The notes: a model not told the origin generated them from the sequence alone. A stretch of DNA of 64,000 nt from Candidatus Micrarchaeota archaeon (GCA_016212525.1 JACRGD010000007.1:134863-198862); one strand, 5' to 3'. Shown: positions 28,804 to 39,612, numbered from the stretch's first letter. Numbers and translations: made by a program.

Positions 28804-31272
28804 TTACGGTCTAGGCGGAGGAGGATTTTCAATCCGATTCACATAGGTACGAATTTCTGATCGATACAGGGCTAGTCGTGCAACTATCGGTCTGGTCAAA
28901 TTGCCCTGGTAAATCTGATTGATGCGCTGACATAGTGCATTCAAAGTACTATTACGTGCTTCAACCCTATGTTTTGCATCAATTAACTCTTGTATTATTG
29001 GATCTATGTCTGTACTTGGAACACCACGACCTATAGCTCTGCGTATCTCCTGTTCTTCCGCTTGCCTTTGTCTGAGATTTTCTGCTTCTTGAGCTGCAGC
29101 TGCCCAACCCCCATTAGTAGTGTTGTGAGGAGCACCTCCACCCAGATTCTCCGGACCCGCTAGATTAGCAGCTCTAAGTATTGCAGCAGCATCTGCAGGT
29201 GCAGCTCTGATATCTAGTTCTCTTGCCCGATCCCTATATCCGTTTAATGTAACTAAACGCAACTGACGTTCTCCCTCCAGATTAGTTAGAGGAGTTTTTT
29301 CTGCATCAGTTGCATGCAACCCATCAAGCTGAGTGATTACACCTGCAATAGTGCTCCTATTTGTTTCAAGTGCAGATCCAATTGTACCAGATTGCGTTAC
29401 GACTCCATTAGCGTCCCTGGTTCCGATACGGTTGTGAATTGCTGCTAGCCGAGTTCTTGCCAAGGCCAGATTTGTTGGGGAGGCAGTACGAATCAGATCA
29501 TCTATTGCATTGAGCTCTCTAGGTATCTCACCAATATCCAGATCTATCTGGCGTTGAGTGCGTCTAATGCCAGGAACCCGGGCATTAATCAATTGCTCCA
29601 CTCTTCTTGCCTCGGCTGGATCCCGAATCGATTGGGGTTGTTGTTCTTGTGTTGGAGGTGCGTAAGTTCCATAGAGCGATCGTGCATAAGGATAAGCAAC
29701 AAAGTTAGGTGAATCTGAAATTGATGCAATATTAAAATGACGCATTATTGCAGTTCCGACATAGTTTCTAAGGTTCGATTCAAAAGCAGACAGATCAGTA
29801 GCCGGAGGATGCTGGAAACTGGAATAGAAAGGATTATTTTGAGGAATGTTTGTTCTAAGAGCCATAACAACCGATTGCGCAAGAGCGGCAGGATCGCTAG
29901 GATAACCAGTCGGAGGCTCAGAATTCACATAAACAAAAGCCAATTGACAGTAGACTTGAGGAGATCCAGGAACCATGAAACGCTGGCTTAATCCTAAAAC
30001 TTCACCGTTTTGTCGACCGGAATAGCCTGAGTTCCGATAAACAGGGACAGTAAGAACCAACTGATTTCCGCTAGTTCCCCAGCGATTAGAGGAACCCGAC
30101 TGATTTGGCAAAACTGAATTGGCCACAAAACCCAGATAGTTGGGCTGATTTGGTAAAGCAAGACTTTGACTCGAAGTGATTAGGGGAGTAGCACTAATAT
30201 CCCGATCCATAAAAGTGAAAGTTGCAACAGGAGTAAACGCTGAAGTAGTTGAACCCGTCGGAGCAGGGCGAACAGAGGGTACAATAGGAACAGGAATGGC
30301 AATTGCAGTTCGTAGAGCAGAGATATCACGAGCAATTGCATCATGCTCAGGAGTAGTGAGAGTAACATTTGCCAAGAGTCGCCGATCAAGATAATCTAAA
30401 ACCTCAGTGCGCGAAATACGGGCATTTGAAGTGAATAAAGGCACATTCCAGTTAGCTCGAAAATTAGTAGCCGCAGAAAGGTTAGTAAGAATCCGACGTA
30501 TTTGTAAAACCTGATCAGATTCAAAGTGCTCTGAATTTGCAGGATGACTAAGAATATTACTAACGTCGTCAAGCTCAGCAGGAGTAAGTCGTCTAATAGC
30601 AGTAGGCGCAATAGAAGTAGAAGAAGAACCACTAACAGCTGGAAGGGTTACAGGAGTTGGAGGAACGGGGATAGGTGGTGGAGTGGCAACTGGAGGAGTA
30701 AGAACCGGAGGTGGCGCAAGCACTTGGGACGGTCCCCAAGGAGACCGGGGTGGAGCGAAAGCTGTGTTAGATGTGGGCGGTGGCGGAAGTGGGGCAAGAG
30801 ATGGATCAGAGCGTGTGCCAAGAACATCCTGAGCAGAAACAGGCGGAAACGTATTATCAGTAGAACCACTTAGCATAGCCGAGTCATGATAGAGAAGAAT
30901 ATTTTGCTGATTTTGGAAATACCATTGTGAAAAAAGAGCACGCTTAACCTGCGTTCTTAAGCCCTCAATGTTAGTCTGGGGTTGAATTCCCGAATCCAAT
31001 GCAGAGAGCCGCTGACGTAAGACAGTTGTATCAGTAAGACCATCAATCATCTCAAATGCACGCCTAAGAGTTGTTGCGGCAGCCAAACCCACCGAACCTA
31101 CGAGATAAGTCGAACCACTTTGAACGACGATATTGACATCAATAATAGCATTGCTCGGATCTCGAACTACATAAGAAGTAGGAATAGACGAAGGCGGAAC
31201 CTCGTGATAGGTAGAAAGAGGAATACGAAGTGTAGGTGAACCTGTTATTTGTAAAGGAGTTAAAAAACCCAT
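28804..31272 (-). CDS. Large Pro/Thr/Ser-rich orphan protein with C-terminal helical region
   Basis: 822-aa uninterrupted ORF with upstream TTTAAA; no signal peptide or TM seen. Confidence 0.8.
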   Translation of the reverse strand: MGFLTPLQITGSPTLRIPLSTYHEVPPSSIPTSYVVRDPSNAIIDVNIVVQSGSTYLVGSVGLAAATTLRRAFEMIDGLTDTTVLRQRLSALDSGIQPQTNIEGLRTQVKRALFSQWYFQNQQNILLYHDSAMLSGSTDNTFPPVSAQDVLGTRSDPSLAPLPPPPTSNTAFAPPRSPWGPSQVLAPPPVLTPPVATPPPIPVPPTPVTLPAVSGSSSTSIAPTAIRRLTPAELDDVSNILSHPANSEHFESDQVLQIRRILTNLSAATNFRANWNVPLFTSNARISRTEVLDYLDRRLLANVTLTTPEHDAIARDISALRTAIAIPVPIVPSVRPAPTGSTTSAFTPVATFTFMDRDISATPLITSSQSLALPNQPNYLGFVANSVLPNQSGSSNRWGTSGNQLVLTVPVYRNSGYSGRQNGEVLGLSQRFMVPGSPQVYCQLAFVYVNSEPPTGYPSDPAALAQSVVMALRTNIPQNNPFYSSFQHPPATDLSAFESNLRNYVGTAIMRHFNIASISDSPNFVAYPYARSLYGTYAPPTQEQQPQSIRDPAEARRVEQLINARVPGIRRTQRQIDLDIGEIPRELNAIDDLIRTASPTNLALARTRLAAIHNRIGTRDANGVVTQSGTIGSALETNRSTIAGVITQLDGLHATDAEKTPLTNLEGERQLRLVTLNGYRDRARELDIRAAPADAAAILRAANLAGPENLGGGAPHNTTNGGWAAAAQEAENLRQRQAEEQEIRRAIGRGVPSTDIDPIIQELIDAKHRVEARNSTLNALCQRINQIYQGNLTRPIVARLALYRSEIRTYVNRIENPPPPRP

Positions 31273-31572
31273 ATAAATAAGAAAACCTGAAGATTTAAAT
31301 AGACTAGCTACAATCGACGAGGAAAAATCACAAAAAATTAGAACCAGAGAACGACACCATCAATAAAGAGTAAACAACACAAACCAGACTATCAGTAAGA
31401 AAACGCATCTAAGAAAGATCAGGTTTGCGACTTTTGAGAAATTTATAGATCAGAAAGTCATAAATTGAAAACGAGCAGACTTGAGCGTAAGAAGACTTAG
31501 AAAAATAGATTAAGAAAAAAGAATAAAAGAAAAAATTAAATTTAAAGTCTTCATGAACTGAAGTTCATTCGA

Positions 31573-34563
31573 CTAATTGGTTCTCTGCAACTGAGAGATG
31601 AAGTCCTGGGCTGCTGCCATGGTATCTTCTTTTTCTGCACCAGCAACTACGATCTTGCCGACACCGAATTCTCTCACGACTTTTTGAGACCAGTCTACAT
31701 TGGCACCCTGTACCAAGCTTGCGGTCATAGAGTTAACCTTGTCACCACCGACGGAGACCAAAGTGTTAACACCGACTGCATCGCTATCAAGGACGACCAA
31801 GTTTCCGTAGTTGCCGTATGCATATGGCATTGCAACTGTTACGGATGGTGCGTTGTTTGGCATAATTACTGCCGAAACACCAGACATGTCTGCAACACAG
31901 CTAGATGCTGCGCCTGCAGCACTGCATGCACCAACTACCTCATCGATCTGTAATACCTTAACGGTTACACCGTTAATAGATGGAGAAGTTTGACCTTCAG
32001 CCAAAGTAACTACAGTTGATGTAGAGGACGAAGTGGTGTTGCTTGCTGGAGCCAATGACCAGACTGCGTGACCCAACTTGTGTGCCATAGAGAATGACAC
32101 TCTGTCAGTATCCAAAGTCTCGAACACGGAACCTCTTTCTGAAGTGAAACCCTCTTTTACAAGAGCAAGTTCAGCAGTATCAACTGGACCAGAGGTCAAA
32201 GTACCATTGTAGTAATTTGGACCTACGTTTCCAGTTGCTCTACCATAGAGGATCTGGTTGTCGTTGTCGTTTATTCCAACGCTTGCCGAATCTGAATCCG
32301 TGAACTGGAAGTTCGCGTCACCAGCATTGGTTGCGTTTATTTTATCTACACCGAATACGAAATAATCGATATAGGCATTTGACCTACCAGAACCTGCTTT
32401 TTCAGAAATACCGAACCATGCGTCTGCGCTGGCAGCAGTGTCCATGTTTGTATCGAAACATGAATCATCAGTACCAGATGCACAACCCAAGCTAGCAGAT
32501 CTCATCATAGAGACGATACCAGAAGAGTGTGTGGTGTTAGAGTAGTTTCCGAATTCAACCCAGATAGTACCACCGTTTGGAGAATCGAATCCATTGGATC
32601 CATCTGCAACCTTAGTGTATCTTACTGAGTTGTATCCTGGAGCTGCACCTTCGACAGTAACGTTCTGATAACCAAAGTCATCAGAGTTAGACGATACTGG
32701 CATAAACACAGTACCAGCCATCAAGAACTGATCGCCAGAGTTACCTACAGTACCATCACCGTTGAAGTCAACTACTGCACCTCGGTAGTACGGAGTTTGT
32801 GCACCACCAACAGACAATTCTCTAAGTTTAGAGTGGTTTCCGAAATTCATTGCAATGTAGAATTCCTTACCAGACAAACTGCCCGAAACATCAGATCGAG
32901 ATGAAGCTTCGAAAACAGAGCCAGTTGAACCTGAAGTTACATGTACAAATGGTGGAACGATTGTCGCAGCAACCTGTACACTGTTACTTGTGTTCAATGG
33001 ACCTGAAGAACTGGAGAATTGTTGGAAATCATCAGTGACCAAATCAAAGGTCAAAGAAGACATGTCAGAAGACACGAGATCCAATCCCTTGAATGCCAAT
33101 CTCCATTTCTCTGGGCTCTGAACCAATTTAACATACTGGCCAGGCAACAGATCTTCAGTTGAACCGCCTGCAGAAGAGATCTTTGCAGTATCAGACGAGA
33201 AGAGAACTATGGTTCTCAATGCATCTGGGTTTGTTACCGTAGCAGAGGCTTCCAAGTTCTTCCATCCCAATGCAACTTCCCAACCATCGTTGGTGTTGTT
33301 GTCCTGGTCGAGTTTCTGACCGCTGGTCAATTTCAACTCATCAGAGAAGATTGCAACATCTGCCCATTTTGCACCAAAGGTATAACCTGGAGCTACTTTG
33401 TAGACGTGGAATCTGAATTTCTTGCCATTGATTGTCTTTTCCAAAGTTCCGCCTTCGGTAACCTTGTCCTTAACGACCAATTCACCATTTGCATTGTAGA
33501 TAGATACTATTGCAGAGGTTGTGTCGCCGTGGGCTTCAAGATCATCCAACTGGAATTTAACTCCTTCGGAAACTAGACTTTCACCCTGGTTCAAGATCTG
33601 TGCAACAGATTCTTTTGCCAATTTGATTTCACCGCCACCAAGAACAGTATTTTCTGTGGTTGCAGAACCAGATGATGGAGGAGTCATATCACTGATTATC
33701 CATTGTTCACCCAAGAACCAAACTCTCAATTTGTGAGTTACAGTCGCATACTGAGAATTGGTTGCACTTGTAGTGCTACAATATGCATAGTCAGTGCTGT
33801 TTGCATTTGTACATTCAGGAACACCGACTTCCTTTCCACCTGGACCATTGAACTTCAAGGAGTAGATCAAGAAATCTACTTTACCGATCATGCTTGCCTT
33901 AGAGCTGGAAAAGTGATTGTCACCCTTAATCCAAAGATCTTGTTTTTCAACATAGGTGTTACCCGAAGCAGAGTCAGTCAAAGTCTGAGATGCAAATGGA
34001 GTAAAACCAGCGACGCGGTACAGATATTGCTGACCTGGAGCACCACTGAAGGTAGATGAACCACCATTGGTACTTGGGTTTGCAGTATCGGAAGTGTCAG
34101 TCGAGTATGGATATGACATGTCCGTATCGGTTGTATCGTTGTTTGGTTTTCTGTCGTTCAATTCTCGGTTCAAGAAGTCGCCGATCAAGTTAGTTCCTTG
34201 CCAGGTACCCAAAGCAACTGAACCAGGTACGTTGATTTCCAACTTTACTGTTTCGTTGCTGATAGAACAAGTTCCACCAGTACCGGTTGCGTTTCCACCA
34301 GGTCTGCAAGAAGCAGAACCAGAGTACTGAGCAGTCAAAGTCTGGCTCTTGTAAGTTTCACTCACAAGTTTTCCAGCAATCAAAGCTGCTGCAACACCAT
34401 CAGATGGGTTTGCTTTAGAACCAACTACTACCTTTGCTACTGGAGCACCGTTGTTATCAACAAGCTGTGTGCTTCCAAACATCAATCCAGCAAATGCTGC
34501 AGAGCTAGCCAAAATGGTTGCGCCTGCAACAATTGCGCCCAATTTCTTCAAATTTACTTTCAT
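31573..34563 (-). CDS. S-layer protein (Methanococcales/Thermococcales-like N- and C-terminal domains)
   Basis: Signal MKVNLKKLGAIVAGATILASSAAFA, VVVGSKANPSDGVAAALIA, C-terminal LVSVGGDKVN and IVVAG..DT..AA; many NxT/S sequons; biased codon use. Confidence 0.9.
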   Translation of the reverse strand: MKVNLKKLGAIVAGATILASSAAFAGLMFGSTQLVDNNGAPVAKVVVGSKANPSDGVAAALIAGKLVSETYKSQTLTAQYSGSASCRPGGNATGTGGTCSISNETVKLEINVPGSVALGTWQGTNLIGDFLNRELNDRKPNNDTTDTDMSYPYSTDTSDTANPSTNGGSSTFSGAPGQQYLYRVAGFTPFASQTLTDSASGNTYVEKQDLWIKGDNHFSSSKASMIGKVDFLIYSLKFNGPGGKEVGVPECTNANSTDYAYCSTTSATNSQYATVTHKLRVWFLGEQWIISDMTPPSSGSATTENTVLGGGEIKLAKESVAQILNQGESLVSEGVKFQLDDLEAHGDTTSAIVSIYNANGELVVKDKVTEGGTLEKTINGKKFRFHVYKVAPGYTFGAKWADVAIFSDELKLTSGQKLDQDNNTNDGWEVALGWKNLEASATVTNPDALRTIVLFSSDTAKISSAGGSTEDLLPGQYVKLVQSPEKWRLAFKGLDLVSSDMSSLTFDLVTDDFQQFSSSSGPLNTSNSVQVAATIVPPFVHVTSGSTGSVFEASSRSDVSGSLSGKEFYIAMNFGNHSKLRELSVGGAQTPYYRGAVVDFNGDGTVGNSGDQFLMAGTVFMPVSSNSDDFGYQNVTVEGAAPGYNSVRYTKVADGSNGFDSPNGGTIWVEFGNYSNTTHSSGIVSMMRSASLGCASGTDDSCFDTNMDTAASADAWFGISEKAGSGRSNAYIDYFVFGVDKINATNAGDANFQFTDSDSASVGINDNDNQILYGRATGNVGPNYYNGTLTSGPVDTAELALVKEGFTSERGSVFETLDTDRVSFSMAHKLGHAVWSLAPASNTTSSSTSTVVTLAEGQTSPSINGVTVKVLQIDEVVGACSAAGAASSCVADMSGVSAVIMPNNAPSVTVAMPYAYGNYGNLVVLDSDAVGVNTLVSVGGDKVNSMTASLVQGANVDWSQKVVREFGVGKIVVAGAEKEDTMAAAQDFISQLQRTN

Positions 34564-34708
34564 TCCTTCACCTCAATTTTTTTACTCGCCGCCCAACGGG
34601 CCTTTCTTAAATGATTATTGACGGCGTTTTTTTAGGCCCAAAATATCCGAAGAAGAGTACTCCTTCGGGTTAACTTACACAGTCTGTCTTTCAATATATT
34701 TAAAAAGG
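34564..34708 (-). promoter_or_regulatory. S-layer promoter and ~110-nt structured 5' leader
   Basis: TTTTTAAATATATT box (~34693-34708), hairpin at 34647-34668, GAGGTG SD at 34569-34574. Confidence 0.6.
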
Positions 34709-34947
34709 TTATCACCATACCTAAAGTCCAGTTTATAAAGTGGAGTTCTAAACAAGACAATAAGCGTAACATAGGTACGTGAATAAGCGTATTTTCGAGA
34801 GAACTTGAAGGTTCAACCAACGAGGTAAAATAAAGGACCTCACGACGTGAAAAAGACACCATAAAATCATCCAAAACAGCAAAATCCAGATAGTTTAGAA
34901 GTATTTTTCAATAACATTCATTGACTATTACATTAACCATACATTAG

Positions 34948-35814
34948 CTATAAAGAAATATTAAGACCATCAGAAGCAACAGTTGCCATTGAGAATAGAG
35001 ATTTGGCAGTAGTTTCAAGAGCTACCTGATCGGAATAACGGGGACTTATATGAGTTAGGATGAGTCGCTTTACTTTGGCACGTTTTGCCACTTCGATCGC
35101 ATCATCCAGCGTACTGTGGAATCTTTCTTTTGCCTCCTCTTTGAGTGAGCTATCAAAGGTTGCCTCATGAATCAGGAGATCGGCGCCGCTCGCAGCATCG
35201 ATGAGATTTTGATCTGGCGAGCAGTCGCCAGTATAGACGATCTTTCTGCCGGGCTGTGGATAAGTTATGTCTTCGAGCCTCACTAGACCAGATGGAGTTT
35301 TGATCGAACCTTTCTTCTGGATTTCTTTGAACATTGGCCCCTTAAGTCCGAGCGAATGAGCCTTTTCCTCGTAGAAACGAACTTTGTCATTTTCCGCAAA
35401 AATAAAGCCGAAGGAATTTTTTACATGTTTAACTCTAAAGGCCGAAACTGCAAAGTCCTTTGTCTTATATAAGACACCCGAGCGGAGTTTCGATGTTTTT
35501 ATGAAAGAATATCGTTCGAAATTCTCTGCCAGTTCAGAGGGTACATAGAGCGAGAGCGGCCTTGGACTTGCGCTCGAGAGCTTGAGCGTTTCGAGCAAAC
35601 CGAAAAGCCCTAGATAGTGATCCAGATGCGGATGTGTTATGAAAATCGCATCGATACTGCCGTACCCCACCCGGTACTTCATCATCTGACGCTGCGTTCC
35701 CTCGCCACAGTCCCAGAGTAAAAGCTGATTTTCGTATTTTAATGCAATTGCGGGCTGGCCACGATCAACTGAGGGAACACCGCCAGAAGTCCCTATGAAA
35801 GTGATTTGGAACAT
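34948..35814 (-). CDS. rnz: Ribonuclease Z
   Basis: GTSGGVPS, DCGEGTQRQ, THPHLDH, YTGDC, HEATF and LTHISPRY. Confidence 0.95.
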   Translation of the reverse strand: MFQITFIGTSGGVPSVDRGQPAIALKYENQLLLWDCGEGTQRQMMKYRVGYGSIDAIFITHPHLDHYLGLFGLLETLKLSSASPRPLSLYVPSELAENFERYSFIKTSKLRSGVLYKTKDFAVSAFRVKHVKNSFGFIFAENDKVRFYEEKAHSLGLKGPMFKEIQKKGSIKTPSGLVRLEDITYPQPGRKIVYTGDCSPDQNLIDAASGADLLIHEATFDSSLKEEAKERFHSTLDDAIEVAKRAKVKRLILTHISPRYSDQVALETTAKSLFSMATVASDGLNISL

Positions 35815-35873
35815 AAGTTATCGATAATATCTCAAATAAGGGAATTTATAAAGAGTTTGAATTTTTCCGATGA

Positions 35874-36944
35874 TCAGGGACGGGCATTCTGAAGCTGCGC
35901 GTTGTGCTGGCAGGCAGAAATATTGTGCTCAAGATTAGAAAGTTTTTGAGCTTCAACTTCAGGAGAATATGGATGATATTGATTAATTACATCGCGAGAA
36001 TGGGCATAGTTTTCCTCTGCAACTGTCCAGTCTCTACGCCCAAAGGCAGCACGAGCAAGGCGATCATAGTAAAGACAAAGATTGCGATATGCCATGGGCA
36101 AATGCGACGCCTCGGAAGGATCCAGAGCAGCAGCCTGCTCATAAGCGCGAACTGCCGCAGGAATATCACCAGAATTATTGTAAGAGGCCGCAAGATTTGA
36201 TAGAACGTAAGGATCATTTGGGAAAAAAGAAACAGCAATGGTATATGCCGAAATAGAATCAGCATAACGATTTCGATCAGATAACCAATCACCCATTTCC
36301 CGATGATAGATTGATCTGGCAGAAGGAAAATCAGGATAGGTTTGAAGTATCGAATGAGATTCTGAGTAAGAAGCAACAATACGACCCAGTTGAAGATCAA
36401 AAAGCATAGGCGCACCGTCAACAATAACATAAGGAACAGCGTGGTCAATTGTATTTTGACTTGAATTGAAATGAATACTATACACCCCGCCTTCGATACC
36501 GGCACCAAGCGAATTCATAACCAAAATACCCGAGACTGCAAGGTTCATAAGAGAACTGCAATCTCCGCCACCGCGTTCAATTGTCTGGATGGCTGTCTGT
36601 GGATTTCGATCATCACGAAATAAAAGTCCTGCTGGACCTCGAACCCTCAGTTGAGCTATAAGATTTTCAAGCCGAACTCGATCACTAGTAGAGGAATTGA
36701 AAGCATCAGTTGCGATCTGAGTTATGCGCTCGTTCGCTTCGAATGGATTCGTTGAGGTCGAATACGAAACGGTGACTCTGGAAGTTCTTCGAGTAGGACG
36801 TGGCCGGTTTGGCTGTGCAAATGCAGAATTGTCATGAACCAAAGATTCGAGAGCCGGACTAAAGACAGAAAGAGCCAGTGCAAGTGATACTGAGCGAGTA
36901 TGAGTAGAGGTAGATCGAGCAAAATTCGATAAAATCGGAGCCAT
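35874..36944 (-). CDS. Transglutaminase-like domain plus TPR protein, probably secreted
   Basis: GGDCSSL, HAVPY and FDL putative Cys-His-Asp triad; TPR helices (NLAASYNNSGD..AVRAYEQA); N-terminal hydrophobic stretch ending AFA. Confidence 0.7.
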   Translation of the reverse strand: MAPILSNFARSTSTHTRSVSLALALSVFSPALESLVHDNSAFAQPNRPRPTRRTSRVTVSYSTSTNPFEANERITQIATDAFNSSTSDRVRLENLIAQLRVRGPAGLLFRDDRNPQTAIQTIERGGGDCSSLMNLAVSGILVMNSLGAGIEGGVYSIHFNSSQNTIDHAVPYVIVDGAPMLFDLQLGRIVASYSESHSILQTYPDFPSARSIYHREMGDWLSDRNRYADSISAYTIAVSFFPNDPYVLSNLAASYNNSGDIPAAVRAYEQAAALDPSEASHLPMAYRNLCLYYDRLARAAFGRRDWTVAEENYAHSRDVINQYHPYSPEVEAQKLSNLEHNISACQHNAQLQNARP

Positions 36945-37024
36945 AGTTCAACCATCACTAAAACAGATTATACAATTAAATATAACAACAAACCTATTTA
37001 AACCTAGTTTTTGTGGCTTTAAAT

Positions 37025-37765
37025 ATGCCATCGAATCTGTTCATAAGCGGAATACCAAAAGCAGGAAAAACAACCCTCTTGCACAGAATGATATCAGAGC
37101 TCAAGCAAAAAGGAGTAAAGATCGGAGGATTTATTTCTCCAGCCGACAAGAGTCATGGCGCCACATCCGGCTTTCACGTAATGAATATTGAAAATGGCAA
37201 AATAGCAAGACTCGCAGATACAAAGGGCTCGGGCCCGAAGGTAAACAAATATTATATTGATGTGCAATCGTTTGAGGACCTGGTGCTTCCAATCCTCAAG
37301 AGCCCAAAAAAATACGATCTGATAGTCATAGATGAGATAGGAGTAATGGAACTAAAGAGCAGAAAATTTTCAGATGCCCTAGATAACATACTCGAAAGTA
37401 ACACTCCCGTACTTGCATCACTACATAACGATTTCTTTGATGAATATGCTGAATTGGGCGAAGTTATTGAACTCGAAGAGGGTGCAAGAGAGATTGCATA
37501 TGGGGAAATAAAAAACAAGGTTTGGGAAAATATCAAAATGAATCAGGAGAAAAACAAAAAGCCAGAAATAAAATCAAAAAGTAATAGTAAGATGCAGGAA
37601 AGCACAAAGAAAAATATGAAATCAAAATCTACAGGCCAAAAAAAACAGTCCAAAACGGAAACAGCAAAGACAAAGGCAAAACCAACAGAGCAAAGAAAAA
37701 TAGAACCAAAAGAAGAGAAGAAAGGATTCTTTGATACCGTAAAAAGCTGGTTTGGAATAGATTAG
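37025..37765 (+). CDS. Nucleoside triphosphatase (THEP1/NTPase_1 family) with Lys-rich tail
   Basis: ISGIPKAGKTT, IGGFIS and IVIDEIGVMELKS. Confidence 0.9.
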   Translation: MPSNLFISGIPKAGKTTLLHRMISELKQKGVKIGGFISPADKSHGATSGFHVMNIENGKIARLADTKGSGPKVNKYYIDVQSFEDLVLPILKSPKKYDLIVIDEIGVMELKSRKFSDALDNILESNTPVLASLHNDFFDEYAELGEVIELEEGAREIAYGEIKNKVWENIKMNQEKNKKPEIKSKSNSKMQESTKKNMKSKSTGQKKQSKTETAKTKAKPTEQRKIEPKEEKKGFFDTVKSWFGID

Positions 37766-37862
37766 CAAATTGCGCAGCCGGATAATTGCAGAGTTGGAAA
37801 TAGCTGACAGACGTGGCAAATGTTACTATTTATATACACTAGTGTAAACTATATAGAATACA

Positions 37863-39572
37863 ATGAGACAAAAAAAACAGCAAAGATACGATGTTGGGGG
37901 CAAAAGAGACCGATCAGTAACACCCACACTACACGAAGACACATACGAACACACCGAGGAATACGGATTTAGTACACAGCAGAAGAAAATTTTTGATAAA
38001 AGCATAGAGGCCGCAGTAGGCATAATAGAGGATTACAAAGTAGCATATAAGATATTGGGGGGAAATAGAGGCAATACCAACACAATACCTGCAATTTTGG
38101 AGAACACCCTAAAAAGCATTGCCAAAAAACTTGAAATAGTAGATGCACCGGAATTCAAAGAAGTTTTCGAACTAGTTCGCGAAGCCGCGCAACGGATAAA
38201 AATCCCCCCGGAACCAGATGAACTTCAAAGGATGACAAAACTCAGAGACAAACGGGCAGAAGCGGCATATGACATAGCAGCAGATTTCGATGCGCTCGAA
38301 ATATTGTACGATTATAGACGCGATGAGATTTTGAAAGAAGTCGAGACTTCACTTTTGGCAATAGCAGACGAATTACGAACATTTGCAGGTACGGGAAGAG
38401 GAAACGCAGATGCAATAGCATGGAAACAGGCAGAACTTTTCTTGCGAGCGGTGTTTAGAATGAGCATCAGCGGACATGAACTACTAGACGAACCTAAAAT
38501 GCATAATAAGACAGATCTGAACGATTTGGCAACTGATGCATCAGCCTATCCTGCAGTAGCGTTTGTAGGAAGCGAAACAATTAGGAGTTTGGCAAAAGAA
38601 GCAAGAAGAATAGGGACCAGGGAGAACCTGGAAATCATGATCGAGGCAATAAATGCATATGATATGGCTCAATTAAATGCCCAAAAACTTGGCAGATTAC
38701 AAGATAATATAGAGCAGATCAACTTGGACCGACGGTTAACATCTGAACTAAAAACCACAATAAAAATATTAACCGGTAAACGAAGCAAATACATACACTG
38801 GTTGGTTGAAAAAATTGCAGCCGAACCGGAAATTGCAGAATTTTATAGCAGAAAAATAGCAGGCAACAAACCCCAGATAAGTGGGGTCAAATTCATGGCA
38901 TTCCTCCAATTTGCCACCATCAAGGATGAGAAAGAAGAGAAAGTCTTTGATCGACTTAAACGAGTAGATGAAGAGGCCAAAATGAGCGACGAACTAAGAA
39001 ATAAATTGGTGCTTGCGATGCCAATTCTAGTTACGCACGAGCGTTGGGCAGTGGCGCTCGAGATGATAGAAAGAGGATTCTTAGAACAACTGGAAGAAGC
39101 AGTAGACACCATAAACGATCGCAAGCAAGCAGACTCTCAGGAAAGAGCATTTGCATTAATAGATTCTGCAACAGGACAAGATTCACGGATAAGTGAGATT
39201 CGGGAGATATCACATACCCAACCACCCAAAGAGACACATGAGAGTCGCAATACGACAGAGGGTGAGACTCAGCCAATATATTTCAAAAGGATAGTTATTT
39301 TTTCAGATTCAATCCATGGACCAAACATCGCACATAAGTTGGAAGCAATCAGTAAAACAAAGGTAGTGCTAGTAGGAAACGACCGAATCACAAAAAAATA
39401 TGCAGCCGGACTAGTGCGAGAAGGAGATGTGATAGTCATAGATGCATCTCACATCGGCCATAGCAAAAACGGGATTGCACTCGCAGCAGCCAGATCCAAA
39501 GAAATACCATTTGTAATCGGAAGGAGAACTAATGCGGAGAGAATGTTAGAAGAAATAATAAACGCCGCATAG
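37863..39572 (+). CDS. Large helical hypothetical protein with C-terminal DUF2325-like flavodoxin-fold domain
   Basis: 569 aa; C-terminus DVIVIDASHIGHS..ARSKEIPFV resembles DUF2325 (by eye). Confidence 0.6.
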   Translation: MRQKKQQRYDVGGKRDRSVTPTLHEDTYEHTEEYGFSTQQKKIFDKSIEAAVGIIEDYKVAYKILGGNRGNTNTIPAILENTLKSIAKKLEIVDAPEFKEVFELVREAAQRIKIPPEPDELQRMTKLRDKRAEAAYDIAADFDALEILYDYRRDEILKEVETSLLAIADELRTFAGTGRGNADAIAWKQAELFLRAVFRMSISGHELLDEPKMHNKTDLNDLATDASAYPAVAFVGSETIRSLAKEARRIGTRENLEIMIEAINAYDMAQLNAQKLGRLQDNIEQINLDRRLTSELKTTIKILTGKRSKYIHWLVEKIAAEPEIAEFYSRKIAGNKPQISGVKFMAFLQFATIKDEKEEKVFDRLKRVDEEAKMSDELRNKLVLAMPILVTHERWAVALEMIERGFLEQLEEAVDTINDRKQADSQERAFALIDSATGQDSRISEIREISHTQPPKETHESRNTTEGETQPIYFKRIVIFSDSIHGPNIAHKLEAISKTKVVLVGNDRITKKYAAGLVREGDVIVIDASHIGHSKNGIALAAARSKEIPFVIGRRTNAERMLEEIINAA

Positions 39573-39612
39573 AGAAAAAAGACATATGAAGCCGGTTAGA
39601 CTTGAGAAACAA

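Noticed and set aside
34632-34874. 80-aa ORF upstream of the S-layer gene
   Set aside because: It spans the S-layer promoter and leader and has no protein-like features.
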